Assembly: GCA_965261065.1 (NCBI GenBank)
Contig: OZ253444.1
Coordinates: 7,414,902 to 7,478,901 of the forward strand
Length of the DNA: 64,000 nt
Origin: Bryobacterales bacterium
Lineage (GTDB): Bacteria > Acidobacteriota > Terriglobia > Bryobacterales > UBA6623
Reading direction: 5' to 3'
The notes under the pieces are model-generated. The model was given only the letters and a program-made list of their open reading frames with translations, searched no databases and was not told the origin of the DNA. Within the stretch, counting starts at the first letter, position 1. Each line of letters starts with the position of its first letter. The translations under genes and the position numbers were made by a program. This document shows, piece after piece, positions 1 to 9,795 of the stretch.

Positions 1-1020
1 ACTTGACTCAGGTGACCCCAACATCTTGTAGTTGGGCTCACAGCGTCTTAGCGTCCCAATCGGCGACGATCGAGCGGTACGGCGTCGGCTCCACCGCCAT
101 GGCCTGCTGCACAAGGCGGTAGAAGAGCTTGCCCCGACTGCGTGATCTGCGCCGATTGAAGCGGAACACGAACTCGTCGAGATAGTAGTCCAGATGCTCG
201 TGGCTGACCGCCCCCTGATGCGTGCCCAGCATCCAGCGCTTGAGTAGCGAGATCGCCAAGTGCACCCTCGGCAGTAGCTGCGAGGCCTGCTCGCGGCGGT
301 TGTTAATCGAGATGATACGACGCTGGTAGTCCTTCTTCTTGAGCGGATCGTAGCCCGACCAGTTGTCGGTAACAACCACGCTGCCCGGCTCGACCGACTC
401 CTCGACGAAGGGCATCAAACTGGCCGCCGAGGCGTTCTGAACGCGCTGCATGCGGATGCGCCCCCGCCCGGTGCCTCTCTCTTCCGCGGCGACTGCAATC
501 AACGCTTTACGCTCGGTCTGCTGGCCGATTACCCCTTCTTCTTCAGCGCCCCAGTAGGTCTCATCGACCTCGACGAGGCCCGTCAATCGCTCCCGCCCCG
601 GGCGCACCATCGCTCGCCTCAGCTTGTGCATCCAAGGCCAGGCGGTTTGGTAACTGCCCAGTCCCAGAACGCGCTGTAGGCCCAGGGCGCTGGCCCCATT
701 CTTCTGCGTGGTGATGGTCCACATCGCCCGGAACCACAGCCGCAGCGGCTTGCGTGTGTCTTGAAAGATCGTGCCGGCGGTGACGGAGGTTTGCCGCCCG
801 CAGCGAGCGCATTCGAACCACACTTTGCGCACCGGCCAAGCGCGCTCATGCCCACACCTTGGACAGCGGAAACCCTCTGGCCAGCGCAAGGCGAACAGAT
901 AGTCGCGGCAAGCCTCCTCGCTCGCAAAGCGAGACTCGAATTCGAGTTGGTCGCGCGGGTAATCCTCCACCAGGCCCTACACTACATCTTGGGGTCACCT
1001 GAGTCAAGTGGATACCCAGC
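1..1020 (-). mobile_element. IS1595-family insertion sequence, copy 1 (one terminus cut by the window edge)
   Basis: Same unit as the 1031-bp copies at 24360-25390, 26414-27444 and 29932-30962. The terminus ...TTGGGGTCACCTGAGTCAAGTGGATACCCAGC ends at 1020. Carries transposase ORF 38-970. Confidence 0.9.
38..970 (-). CDS. IS1595-family (ISXO2-like) DDE transposase with N-terminal zinc ribbon
   Basis: 310-aa ORF. Cys pairs ([20 protein letters not shown] ... FECARCG) typical of the IS1595 transposase zinc ribbon, followed by a DDE region. Four near-identical paralogs in the window. Confidence 0.9.
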   Translation of the reverse strand: MEDYPRDQLEFESRFASEEACRDYLFALRWPEGFRCPRCGHERAWPVRKVWFECARCGRQTSVTAGTIFQDTRKPLRLWFRAMWTITTQKNGASALGLQRVLGLGSYQTAWPWMHKLRRAMVRPGRERLTGLVEVDETYWGAEEEGVIGQQTERKALIAVAAEERGTGRGRIRMQRVQNASAASLMPFVEESVEPGSVVVTDNWSGYDPLKKKDYQRRIISINNRREQASQLLPRVHLAISLLKRWMLGTHQGAVSHEHLDYYLDEFVFRFNRRRSRSRGKLFYRLVQQAMAVEPTPYRSIVADWDAKTL

Positions 1021-1586
1021 TTCTCGAAAAGCTCGAGTATAGCGTCAAGAGCCTGAACGAAGGTCTGGCCGTCATCTACGCCGAACTGGAGAGATCAGGC
1101 TTTACCGGTATCGGCATCAGCTTTGGCGGCGGCATGTGCAATGTCTGTCTGGCCTATCTCGGACTGCCGGTGGTGACGTTCAGCACCCCGCAGGCCGGCG
1201 ATTACGTCGACTACAGCGCCTCGTCGGTAACCGGGCAAACGCCAACGACGATCCGGCTGCACAAAGAAGAGCAGTTCCAGCTCAACGGATTTTCCGGTAA
1301 CAACGTCGAGCAGGCCATCGGTGTCTATTACAACGACATGATCCGAGCTGTGGTGACCGGGCTCGAAGGAGCGCTCTCGGATCGCCGCAAGCTGCCCAAG
1401 TTCGACAAGCCGGTTCCAGTGGCCGTCAGTGGCGGCAGCGCCCAGGTGAAGGGCTTCCGGCAGCACCTGGAGAAGGAGATCCAGGCGGCCGAGCTGCCGA
1501 TTGCCATCTCGGAAGTGAGCCTGGCCGAAGATCCGCTGAACACGACCGCCAAGGGCACACTAATGGTGGCTATGCTCGATATGTAG
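1021..1586 (+). pseudogene. 3' fragment of an actin-like ATPase (ASKHA superfamily, MreB/ParM/EutJ-like) gene truncated by IS copy 1
   Basis: The reading frame runs straight out of the IS terminus. The remaining peptide (…GIGISFGGGMCNVCLAYLGLPVV… …VAVSGGSAQVKGFRQHLEKEI…) looks like the second half of an actin-fold ATPase. No N-terminal half is present. Confidence 0.5.
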
Positions 1587-1838
1587 GCCTGGACGCACGG
1601 GGGCAACCGCCGCCACGAAACTGTCCAGCCGGGTATATCCTGAACAGTCAGCCGTGGGCGGTACGATGCAGAAGGCGTGATCTTCGCCTCGTCGCGGGTG
1701 GGGCGGATTGGCCTCAGACCCCTCTGTCCAGCAGATGCCGCCTCAGGATGGCGACTTTCTCTGGAGCATGTTACGCAGTGACGACCACGGATCTGACCTG
1801 AGGGAATTGTACCGCCGCAGCATAGGTGGCGGTAACAA

Positions 1839-2119
1839 TGTTGAAGCCCAATCAAAATGTCCCCTTTTGCGCCCAATAGAAATGTCCCCTCTGGAGCAGG
1901 ATTGTGGCTGGCCCCTTCGCCTTGGAGACTGATGATGGCGACGCCGAGGTACCCGTCAAGGGTCCGCGAAGCCAAGCCCTACGGGCCCGCCCTTGACTGC
2001 TCCCTCGCCGCCGTGAGAACAGCATTCGGTTCAACAAGGCGAATGAGCTTAAGAACTTAGCGCGCAATGGGACATTTCTACTGGGCTACCGAGGGGGACA
2101 CTTCTATTGGGCTACGACA
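1839..2119. mobile_element. MITE-like non-autonomous element (281 bp) with ~56-bp imperfect terminal inverted repeats
   Basis: Left end TGTTGAAGCCCAATCAAAATGTCCCC..GCCCAATAGAAATGTCCCC. The reverse complement of the right end is TGTCGTAGCCCAATAGAAGTGTCCCC..AGCCCAGTAGAAATGTCCC. Flanked by a perfect 18-bp direct repeat CATAGGTGGCGGTAACAA (1821-1838 and 2120-2137). No credible ORF inside. Confidence 0.6.
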
Positions 2120-2205
2120 CATAGGTGGCGGTAACAACCGATGTCATGAGCAGACAGATTTTCTTCGCCCAGGACGCTGCGTCGGCTAGGGTTCTGGTGG
2201 TGCCA

Positions 2206-2266
2206 AGAGGCCCAGGCGGGCTTCGGGCGACGGAAAGGTAGGCGGAACCGGATATCCCGACAGTAA
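2206..2266 (+). repeat. Intergenic repeat, copy 1 of 2 (48 nt identical core)
   Basis: AGAGGCCCAGGCGGGCTTCGGGCGACGGAAAGGTAGGCGGAACCGGAT is identical at 2206-2253 and 5024-5071. Weaker similarity continues ~13 nt further. Confidence 0.85.
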
Positions 2267-2439
2267 ACGAAATCTACGGGCGCACATCCGAAATCGCCCA
2301 GTTGCGGAAGTCGCTTTTCTCGTAACGGCTGAGATGTAGATCAGAGCATGCGAGACGGGTCCCACGCATCTGCTAGCCTAGGGCCTTCCAGAAATACGCG
2401 GGACGCACGAAACGCCAGTCGTCCATGCGCCGCGAGACT

Positions 2440-3813
2440 TCAGACGTAGCCAAACAGCGGCGGAAACAGGACGACCACAATCGCCGCCCACGCGGCGTAC
2501 ACCGGCAGGTAGGACGTCTGCCACCGCTCCAGGGCGCCGAAAGGCCCTCGGCCGCGCAAGAAGCGCGCGTAGAGCCATGCCGACCCCGCCAGGTTGACCA
2601 GCAAGATGAGGTTCTCTCCCAGAGCCGCCACCTTATTCGGGCTGAAGCCGAACTCAGAGATGCGCGCCGTGATGGCGGTCAGAGCCACGGCGTCGACAAC
2701 GAGGGCGCTGACGACGAGCAACAACTGCAGCGCGTCAAAGGCATCCGGCGGCGCTTGCGGGTCGCGCGCCGAAATGGCGAACAGAAGCAGGCCGAGCACC
2801 AACACGAGTAACAAATCAAATCCGATCAACGCGTTGCGCGCGACATCGATGCCGCTCCCCGTCCACGCCATGGTCGCCAGGAAAGCGCACAGTACGACGG
2901 TGAACAGCGGTGTAAACAAGCGCGTCAGCACCGGCGCCATATTCTCAATCACGCTCTGCTTCGACTCCACCAGCCAGGCGCCGATCAGGACGGCCCCCAT
3001 CGCCCCACAGGGGATCAGCCAGACCTGCGCCAACCACTCCGCGTCGAGGCCGATCACGTTAAACATGAATATCGTGAAGAGGGTCAGCACGCCGCCACCC
3101 AGCGCGATCAGCACGTAGTAGATAAACAGCTCGCCCGTGAATCGCACAAAGTTCATGCGTTCCCGGCCGCTGCGCCAGCGTCCTCCCGCGTAGGCGACTC
3201 CTACCGTCAGCCAGAGTGCGATCGGCATGTGCAACACCGCAAGGACTTCCGTGGACCCTCCGGTTTGGAACGGAAAGATGTTGGCAAAGACGGCCGCTGC
3301 CCCGAATGCCAAGGATAGGGCGACGCAGGTTGCCGCCCCGAGGCGCCGCTTCCAAACGAAATAAACCGTGAGGAAGGGCAGCACAAAAAAGCTGAGGTTT
3401 CGTCCGTAGAATCCCGCGGTGTCGTCGTTCAGCTCCAGGCCGAACAGCATCGGAACCTTCACCGCCAGCGCCGCGGCGATCGCCAGCGTAACGACCACGA
3501 CGGACTCGACGCCCGCGGAGCTTCCCGACTCGACCGGCGCGGCGCCGGACGTCACCAACTGCTTCCACAACCGTTCCGAATACTCCTGCGCAAACTCCCG
3601 CGAGAGCGCATCGATCTCGCCCATCCGCTTGACGGCCACCAAAAACGCCTCGTCGGCCGTCAGACCGGCGGCCATGAGCGCCGCGACTTGATCGCGCAAG
3701 TGGTCTTCCAACTCGTCGACGTCGACGGCCCGAACGGCTTGTCGGCGGTTCAGGTAGCCCCGCCACTCGGCGATCCTGGGTTCCGGCGGCCCCCCGCTCC
3801 CGTCTGCCTCCAC
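2440..3813 (-). CDS. PadR-associated polytopic membrane protein
   Basis: ORF 2440-4044 trimmed to the GTG at 3813, which is preceded by GAGGAGGG. 5-nt gap after the PadR-like stop codon. N-terminal soluble helices (AEWRGYLNRRQAV..DELEDHLRD..DEAFLVAVKRMG) are followed by many hydrophobic segments. Confidence 0.7.
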   Translation of the reverse strand: MEADGSGGPPEPRIAEWRGYLNRRQAVRAVDVDELEDHLRDQVAALMAAGLTADEAFLVAVKRMGEIDALSREFAQEYSERLWKQLVTSGAAPVESGSSAGVESVVVVTLAIAAALAVKVPMLFGLELNDDTAGFYGRNLSFFVLPFLTVYFVWKRRLGAATCVALSLAFGAAAVFANIFPFQTGGSTEVLAVLHMPIALWLTVGVAYAGGRWRSGRERMNFVRFTGELFIYYVLIALGGGVLTLFTIFMFNVIGLDAEWLAQVWLIPCGAMGAVLIGAWLVESKQSVIENMAPVLTRLFTPLFTVVLCAFLATMAWTGSGIDVARNALIGFDLLLVLVLGLLLFAISARDPQAPPDAFDALQLLLVVSALVVDAVALTAITARISEFGFSPNKVAALGENLILLVNLAGSAWLYARFLRGRGPFGALERWQTSYLPVYAAWAAIVVVLFPPLFGYV

Positions 3814-3818
3814 TGTCG

Positions 3819-4172
3819 TCAGCCCTCCTCCAATAGCACTTGGGACGACGTTGGCCAGATGCCGCGCAAGGTCGCGTCCACCACCTGCCACTGCCGCCGC
3901 TGCTTGGCCATGTGCTCCCGCCCTTGAGTCGTAATGCGGTAGTACTTTCGCTTGCGGCCCGTCTCCGACGTCCCCCACCGGCCCTCGATCTGATCGAGCC
4001 GTTCGAGCCGATGCAGTACGGGGTAGAGCATCCCGTCGGTCCACTGCAGTTGACCGCCGGAGAGTTCGCTCACGCGCTTGATGATGGCGTAGCCGTAGCT
4101 GTCGCCCTCGGCCAGGATGGCCAACACGAGCGGCGTCGCCGAAGCGGCAACCAGATCCTTACCGACTTCCAT
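3819..4172 (-). CDS. PadR-family transcriptional regulator
   Basis: 117 aa. Winged-helix pattern GDSYGYAIIKRVSELSGGQLQWTDGMLYPVLHRLERLDQIEG...RKYYRITTQG is typical of the PadR family. Confidence 0.85.
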   Translation of the reverse strand: MEVGKDLVAASATPLVLAILAEGDSYGYAIIKRVSELSGGQLQWTDGMLYPVLHRLERLDQIEGRWGTSETGRKRKYYRITTQGREHMAKQRRQWQVVDATLRGIWPTSSQVLLEEG

Positions 4173-4190
4173 CTCCCGTCGTGATACCTG

Positions 4191-4212
4191 GAAGAACTAT
4201 ACATGGTACTTC
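4191..4212. promoter_or_regulatory. Inverted repeat GAAGAAC-N8-GTACTTC just upstream of the PadR-like gene (candidate operator)
   Basis: Seen directly 19 nt upstream of start codon 4172. One mismatch between half sites. Function is inferred only from position. Confidence 0.3.
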
Positions 4213-4394
4213 TATGTAATGTCAACCGCCTCGCGGGTTTGCTCGCCATCCCCGGCAAAGGATCAGCCGGGCCAGCTCGGCTGCGATGTGATCAGGACTG
4301 CTCCGAAAGCTGACGAGCGCCTGAACCAGTCCCCAGAGGTGAGACTAGCGAGGGAATGCTCCGCGCATGCCGGCGCTATGAACGCAACTCGACT

Positions 4395-4967
4395 CTAGCT
4401 CTCTCTGGTTGCCGGAAGGACCTCGAAGACCTCGGCGAGGGGTTTGCCGGCGGGGTTGGTCAAGCGGTTGCATCGGCCATAGAGGGTCTGCTCACGGGCG
4501 TCGGCGAATGCATCTTGCAGGAACGTGTTCGCCTCGGTCTGGAAGAACCCTTGTGGAGTGGAGACATAGGAGACACGGTACTCGGTCAGAATGACGCCGA
4601 GCGGCTTTTGGCTTTGTCTAATCACTGGCAGCACTTCGGGCGGAAAGCGATCCAAGTAGATGATGATTGCCCCGGCCTCGACGGGAATTCGGTCGGGACC
4701 CGCCGTCAACACGACCTGGCGGTACAGGCTGTTTCCGTCACGCAGGACAGTGAGGGGGCGCAGGGTGATCGGCAGGCCCCAATAGCCGGCTAGCGTTCCT
4801 GTCATATCCCTCTCGTGGACGAGCAGGGAGCGATAGGGTTCGGGGATTTCCGTCGGTTCGATGGGCTCGATGTCCCGGATGACTTCCCGCGCAGAAGGAT
4901 CTGCCGACTGGAGGCGACGGAGGATCGCGACGATGTCGTCGAAGCAGTCAGCCATCTCTGTCAGCAT
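4395..4967 (-). CDS. Chorismate-lyase-like (UbiC/DUF98-type fold) protein
   Basis: 190 aa. The pattern ...LLVHERDMTGTLAGYWG...LYRQVVLTAG...PVEAGAIIIYLDRFP...KPLGVIL... resembles the chorismate pyruvate-lyase/DUF98 family. Assignment by eye only. Confidence 0.4.
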   Translation of the reverse strand: MLTEMADCFDDIVAILRRLQSADPSAREVIRDIEPIEPTEIPEPYRSLLVHERDMTGTLAGYWGLPITLRPLTVLRDGNSLYRQVVLTAGPDRIPVEAGAIIIYLDRFPPEVLPVIRQSQKPLGVILTEYRVSYVSTPQGFFQTEANTFLQDAFADAREQTLYGRCNRLTNPAGKPLAEVFEVLPATRES

Positions 4968-5023
4968 AACCTCTGTGCTTCCGGGTCGGCTCTTTACCAG
5001 ACGACGGTGAAATGGGTCCGCCG

Positions 5024-5084
5024 AGAGGCCCAGGCGGGCTTCGGGCGACGGAAAGGTAGGCGGAACCGGATTTCACGACAGCAA
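5024..5084 (+). repeat. Intergenic repeat, copy 2 of 2
   Basis: 48-nt core identical to 2206-2253. Lies 57 nt outside the start codon (4967) of the minus-strand gene. Confidence 0.85.
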
Positions 5085-5723
5085 TCTGCGAATGAGGTCT
5101 ATGTAGTTCATTGCGTACGGTTTACTCGTGCTCGCGGTCTCTGACTCCGCAAACCAGTTTTGGACAACACGGATCGAGGACTGGGGACCGTCAGTACCGG
5201 GTTGGGCGACGAGGAACCGTCGGCGGTCAGCCGGAACGTGGTATCGCGGAGATGCCACGCTCTTGCTTATCGCTGCCACACAGCGCGCCGACAAGCACTA
5301 GAGGATGTTGATCTGCACAACATTGGCCACAATGCCATCGACCGTAACGACGACGTCTACGAGGCCGCTTCCAATGAGGCTGCGCTCGATCAGTACGTTG
5401 AGTTGGTCAAGCCCGGCAAACTCACTCGACGGTGCGGGTCCAAAGATGGTTGTCATGGGTACGCCGTTGATCGTGACTTGCACGCTGCTGCCGTTCCGGA
5501 CGCCGGTTAAGAACAGCGAGAGAAACGCCTGATTTACCGGTCCCAGATCGATCGCCGTGGCCGAGACGAGGGCTGTTTCGGTGAGTTGGCTATCCACGAA
5601 ACGGAGCACATTCGTGGCCGGCAGGCCCGAGCCCGCGCCATTCGCGGTGAAGATGCCGGGCGCGACCTCGACGACATTCATGGCGATTGAATGGCTTCCG
5701 CCGCTGGCTCGCCGCACTGTTAG

Positions 5724-7013
5724 AATCCGTCACAAAATAACCTTGTCAATCTAGGGTCTTGCGGGGAAGGAGCGTGTAGTTCCACTCCCCGTGAAACTTG
5801 TCTCGGCGCAGCTTGAGGGCCGCCATCTGCTGGTGGGTGATCTTGATGCCGGTCGGATAACTGCCCGTGTCGAGTTCGGCATGGACTTGCAATCCCGTTC
5901 GCGTCGTCGTCGCGGCGATCAGATTCACGATCACCTCATGGCTGATCAGCGGCTTGCCGCGCCAGTTCTGACTGATGTAGGAAAACAGCCGGTGCTCAAT
6001 CTTGTTCCACTTGCTGGTGCCGGGCGGGAAGTGACACACCGCGATCCGCAGCCCGGTTTCGTCCGCCAGCTTCTGCAATTCCAGCTTCCACCGCCGCGGA
6101 CGCGAGCCATTGCTGCCGCCCGCGTCGGCGGTGATCAGCAAGCGCTTCGCCTGCGGATAAGCGGCCTGCCCCATCGAGCGCCACCAGCGGCGGATCGTCT
6201 CGACCGCAAACGCCGCCGTGTCATGATCCACCCCGACGCTGACCCAACCCCGGTTGCGCGCCATGTCATAGACCCCGTAGGGCGTGGCCCGGCCCAGTTC
6301 GGGAATCGGAAAATCATGCACCCGCACCTTCTCCGGATCACCCTTCGGCCGTAGCTCCCGCCCGTTGTTTTTGAAGTCTCCCACCAGTTCCCGCTTCTTC
6401 GTGTCGACCGAGATGGCGGGCTGGCGGTGAGCCAAAAAACGCTTCACCTTGCGGTTAATCTGTTCAAACTGAGCGTTGCGGTCGGGATGCTTCGTTCCTT
6501 CTTTCGTCTTGCGGTTGGCTTGCAGGCGGTAACCCAGCTGGTGCAGCAGCTCGGCCACCATGCGATGACTCGTTGGGTGGCCCCTCCGTTCGAGTTCGGC
6601 GGCTAGCTTGCGGACACTTTTCAACGTCCAGCGCAGGGGGGATTCCGGATCGCCGCGCGTGAGTGGCTCGACCAGCCGCTCCAGCTCGCTCTTGAGAGTG
6701 GGGTCTTTCGTGACGCTTCGCTTGCGCCCGCCGCCCCGACGCCGGATGCGGCCGGGCGGAGGCCCAGCGGGCTCGGTTAACTCCTGGTGGCCACGGGCAA
6801 TGACTTGCCGTGAGACCCCGGTCGCTCGGGCCACTGCCGAGATGCCGCCGCGCCCCAGGGCCAAGCTTTCCGCGGCCACCAGCAGCCGCCGCGAACGTTC
6901 ATCGAGCACCCCTCGCAGCGCCTCATAACGACGCTTGATGGCTGCCGGCTCGCTCACCCTTCCAGAGTAAGTGAAAACAATTCTAGATGCAAATGTTATT
7001 TTGTGACAGTTTC
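5724..7013 (-). mobile_element. ISAzo13-family insertion sequence (about 1290 bp)
   Basis: Imperfect terminal inverted repeats share GTCACAAAATAAC (5729-5741 and its reverse complement 6995-7007). TTAG is present on both flanks (5720-5723 and 7014-7017). Removing the IS plus one TTAG restores the host reading frame (...GAATLTVRRASGG...). Confidence 0.8.
5746..6957 (-). CDS. ISAzo13-family (Rhodopirellula-type DDE) transposase
   Basis: 403 aa from the GTG at 6957. Diagnostic stretches: ...RDPESPLRWTLKSVRKLA..., ...HPDRNAQFEQIN..., ...ISVDTKKRELVGDFKNNGRE..., ...ITADAGGSNGSR..., ...PPGTSKWNKIEHRLFS.... The ORF track fuses it to the upstream host gene. Confidence 0.9.
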   Translation of the reverse strand: MSEPAAIKRRYEALRGVLDERSRRLLVAAESLALGRGGISAVARATGVSRQVIARGHQELTEPAGPPPGRIRRRGGGRKRSVTKDPTLKSELERLVEPLTRGDPESPLRWTLKSVRKLAAELERRGHPTSHRMVAELLHQLGYRLQANRKTKEGTKHPDRNAQFEQINRKVKRFLAHRQPAISVDTKKRELVGDFKNNGRELRPKGDPEKVRVHDFPIPELGRATPYGVYDMARNRGWVSVGVDHDTAAFAVETIRRWWRSMGQAAYPQAKRLLITADAGGSNGSRPRRWKLELQKLADETGLRIAVCHFPPGTSKWNKIEHRLFSYISQNWRGKPLISHEVIVNLIAATTTRTGLQVHAELDTGSYPTGIKITHQQMAALKLRRDKFHGEWNYTLLPRKTLD

Positions 7014-9795
7014 TTAGCGTGGCCGCTCCCGTAGCGGCGCGGTCGGGAATCATAAAATTCAGTTGAGAGAACGCTCTTTGTGCATTCTCGGCAAACGCCC
7101 CGAACATCAAGCACGGTCGGCTGACACCTTGGCTGTCGGTGACGTCCACACTTGCACCACCCAGTTGAGTACCAAGGGGCAGTGTGGCGATTTCGTCGAA
7201 ATCCGCCAGGAAGAGACCGAACAACGCGACAATCTCTTCCTCGGCCACATCGCCGGCTTCCAGCCGGGCCGAATGTGTTAACCCGGCCGCAGTAAACTCG
7301 ATCTGAGGCGGCCCACCCATACCGCTGCCAAGCTTGAAGATTGCAGCGTCGCTCGGACCGCCGCGGTAGTCCTCCCCTACAACTCCTGGGGTCGTCCTGA
7401 ATCCTTCGCTGGACCCAAAGAGCAAGACTCCACCATCGGGGGTAGTCTTGGGACGACTCAGTATGTCCTGCCCGACCCCTCCGAAGTACGTCGAAAACTC
7501 CACGGTACTCGTACCCTTGGCGCCCAAGTTCAACGTTAAGAGATAGCCATCGATTGACCCGGCAAAGCCGGCCTGCAAAGCGTCTGGCGACGATGGCAGA
7601 TTGTTCGACGATGTCAACCCACCAACGTGAATCCGGTTCCCGGCAGCAGCATCAGCAAAGAAGACGTCGAAGCCCTGTCCGCCGACGTAGCTGGCATACT
7701 CAACTGTCTGAAGGTTTTCATCCAGGACCGCAACAAACCCATCGAAATCACCACCGCCAAATGTAGATTGGAACGCACTGCTCGACACGGGAAAATTCGA
7801 GGATAATGTCAAACCCCCGACAACGACCCTTCCGTTGCTCGAAATCGCGATGGATGTTGCCCCGTCCAACTTGTTGCCACTGAGAAGGGTAGATGCCTTC
7901 AACGAATAGTCCTCGGCATCGAGTCTCATGATGAACGCGCTGTTGCTGCCCTGAAGGAAACTACCGTCGGTGGTGACAAAATCAGTGGAACTCGTGGCGC
8001 CGGCCAAATAGACATCACCGTCGTCGTTGATAGTCAACCACGGAGCCAGTCCGAATTCGATAGCTACCCCGGGTTCAACATCTAACGGAACTAGCTCAAA
8101 CTCAGAACCTGAACCTCCCAGGAAGGTCGAGTATTCAATGTTTGGTTGATCCAGTCGCAATACGCTGAAGAAGCCATCGAACGGTCCGCCCTGATACCGG
8201 GTTGACAAGGCGGTCGGCGTAGTTGGGAAGTTCTGAGAGGCGGTGTAGCCGGATAGCAGCAGTCGATTTTCGCGATCTGTGACCATGCACGTACAGTTGT
8301 CCTGCGACGAGCCGCCAAGGTAGCTGCTGAACGGCAGTGTGCCGCCGCTCTGAGACAGTTGGGACACAAATGCCGAGAGGAATCCGCTGATGTTGGCCTG
8401 GATCGCATTTGGCGTCGTCGGAAAGTCCGTCGACAGGGTGAATCCACAGATCGAGACCGATCCGTCCGCCATGACCGCGATTCCGTTCGTTGCTTCGATG
8501 GATTGTCCTCCCAGATAGGTCGAGAACACGATCTCCGATGCGTCGGGCCGAAGCATCGTAACGAAGATATCCTCGAAACCCGCGTTGTTGCCCTGAGCGG
8601 GATTGGCCGAGAGAGGAAAGTTGAGGGATGTCGTGGGTCCGGTAACCACGATATTGCCATTGTCAGCTATGTCACGGGCAGTAATAAAATCGCCTGCTGA
8701 CCCACCGAGCAGAGTCGAGAAGACCAAATCCGGATCGATGATCAACGGGTCCGAACGAAGGGGACCCTCGATTTCGAATCCGATGCTGCCATCGTCACGG
8801 ATTGCGTACGTTGCTTCCGCTCGAATGAGTCCTTGATCGGTTTCCCAGAACGCTTTCGGTGCGGTCCAGGTTGCCCGTCCGACAGCAGTAGAGAGCTCGA
8901 TCTCTCCCTGAGCGTTCAGGCGCATACCCTCGTGACCGCCGAACCGGAGCGCGATCTCATGTACCGCATCGCCGTGATCGAGTTCGATGCGATACCCCAG
9001 ACGACCATCGTTGTTCTTAAACAGGAAGTCGACCCCTGATTAGACGTCAGGGTAAAGTACGGATCCGTAGAGCGGTACCCCGCTCATCCATTTCTTGGGA
9101 TCGTTGCCGATGAAGTAGTTGGCCTTGCCACGCAACTTGCCCTTTCCAACTGGGACGCTTGCCTTGGTCAGCCACTCAAGGGACAACTCCAGCGTCGCCG
9201 CGTCGGGGGATTTTGCCAGATTAGCTCCCCTGGGTGCACGAGCCGTGCGGTCGGATAGCCGGATCGAAACGGCGCTGGAATTCAAGACGACATCATAGTT
9301 CGGGAAGCGCGCGTGATATCGTCGCGCCGCGCCGTCCTTGTTAATTGCCTCGAATGCGACCGGCAGTTGGCGGATATCGATGCCCTCAGCATCCGCGGTT
9401 GAGTGCGTCGGCGATAAACCGCCAATGGTTGCGGCCATGCAAGACATGCCCGTCATCAACAGACCAAGTCTCGCCGACCAACCCACCGAGTCGCCGAGTC
9501 GCCGAAGCAAACTAAAGAACGAGGGACTGCAGTTCAGCATGAATGCCTCCCGAGCGGAATTTAGCGTGGACCGCTTAGAGTGTAGGTAGCTCGCTCTTCT
9601 CAAAGCAAGGTCTTGTACTCAAACGCCTGGGTCCCTTAAGCCGGCTCGCCGCCGTCTACGATTCGAGCACGAGAACCCTGCAGACGAATTGCTGTTGATA
9701 ACAACCGAACCCACCGGTTATCCGTCGAGTCTCGCCGGCTCGGACCTACTCAGCGGCTCGCTATCGCGCCTGCAAGCACGCTCAACAACCGCGTC

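Larger units (their letters stand above)
5298..9603 (-). pseudogene. Secreted SBBP-repeat beta-propeller protein with TIGR03437-type C-terminal Ig-like modules, doubly inactivated
   Basis: Signal-peptide-like N-terminus (9040-9603). Repeated FSTYLGG/SSYLGG units (7018-9039). C-terminal modules end in ...VAPGIFT.... Carries an in-frame TAA at 9040-9042 and an IS insertion at 5724-7013. Confidence 0.8.

Noticed and set aside
5746-8925. Single 1059-aa ORF in the track
   Set aside because: It is a chimera. The first ~630 residues are SBBP-repeat host protein. The rest, from GTG 6957, is a complete ISAzo13-family transposase, and the frame merely stays open across the IS terminus.
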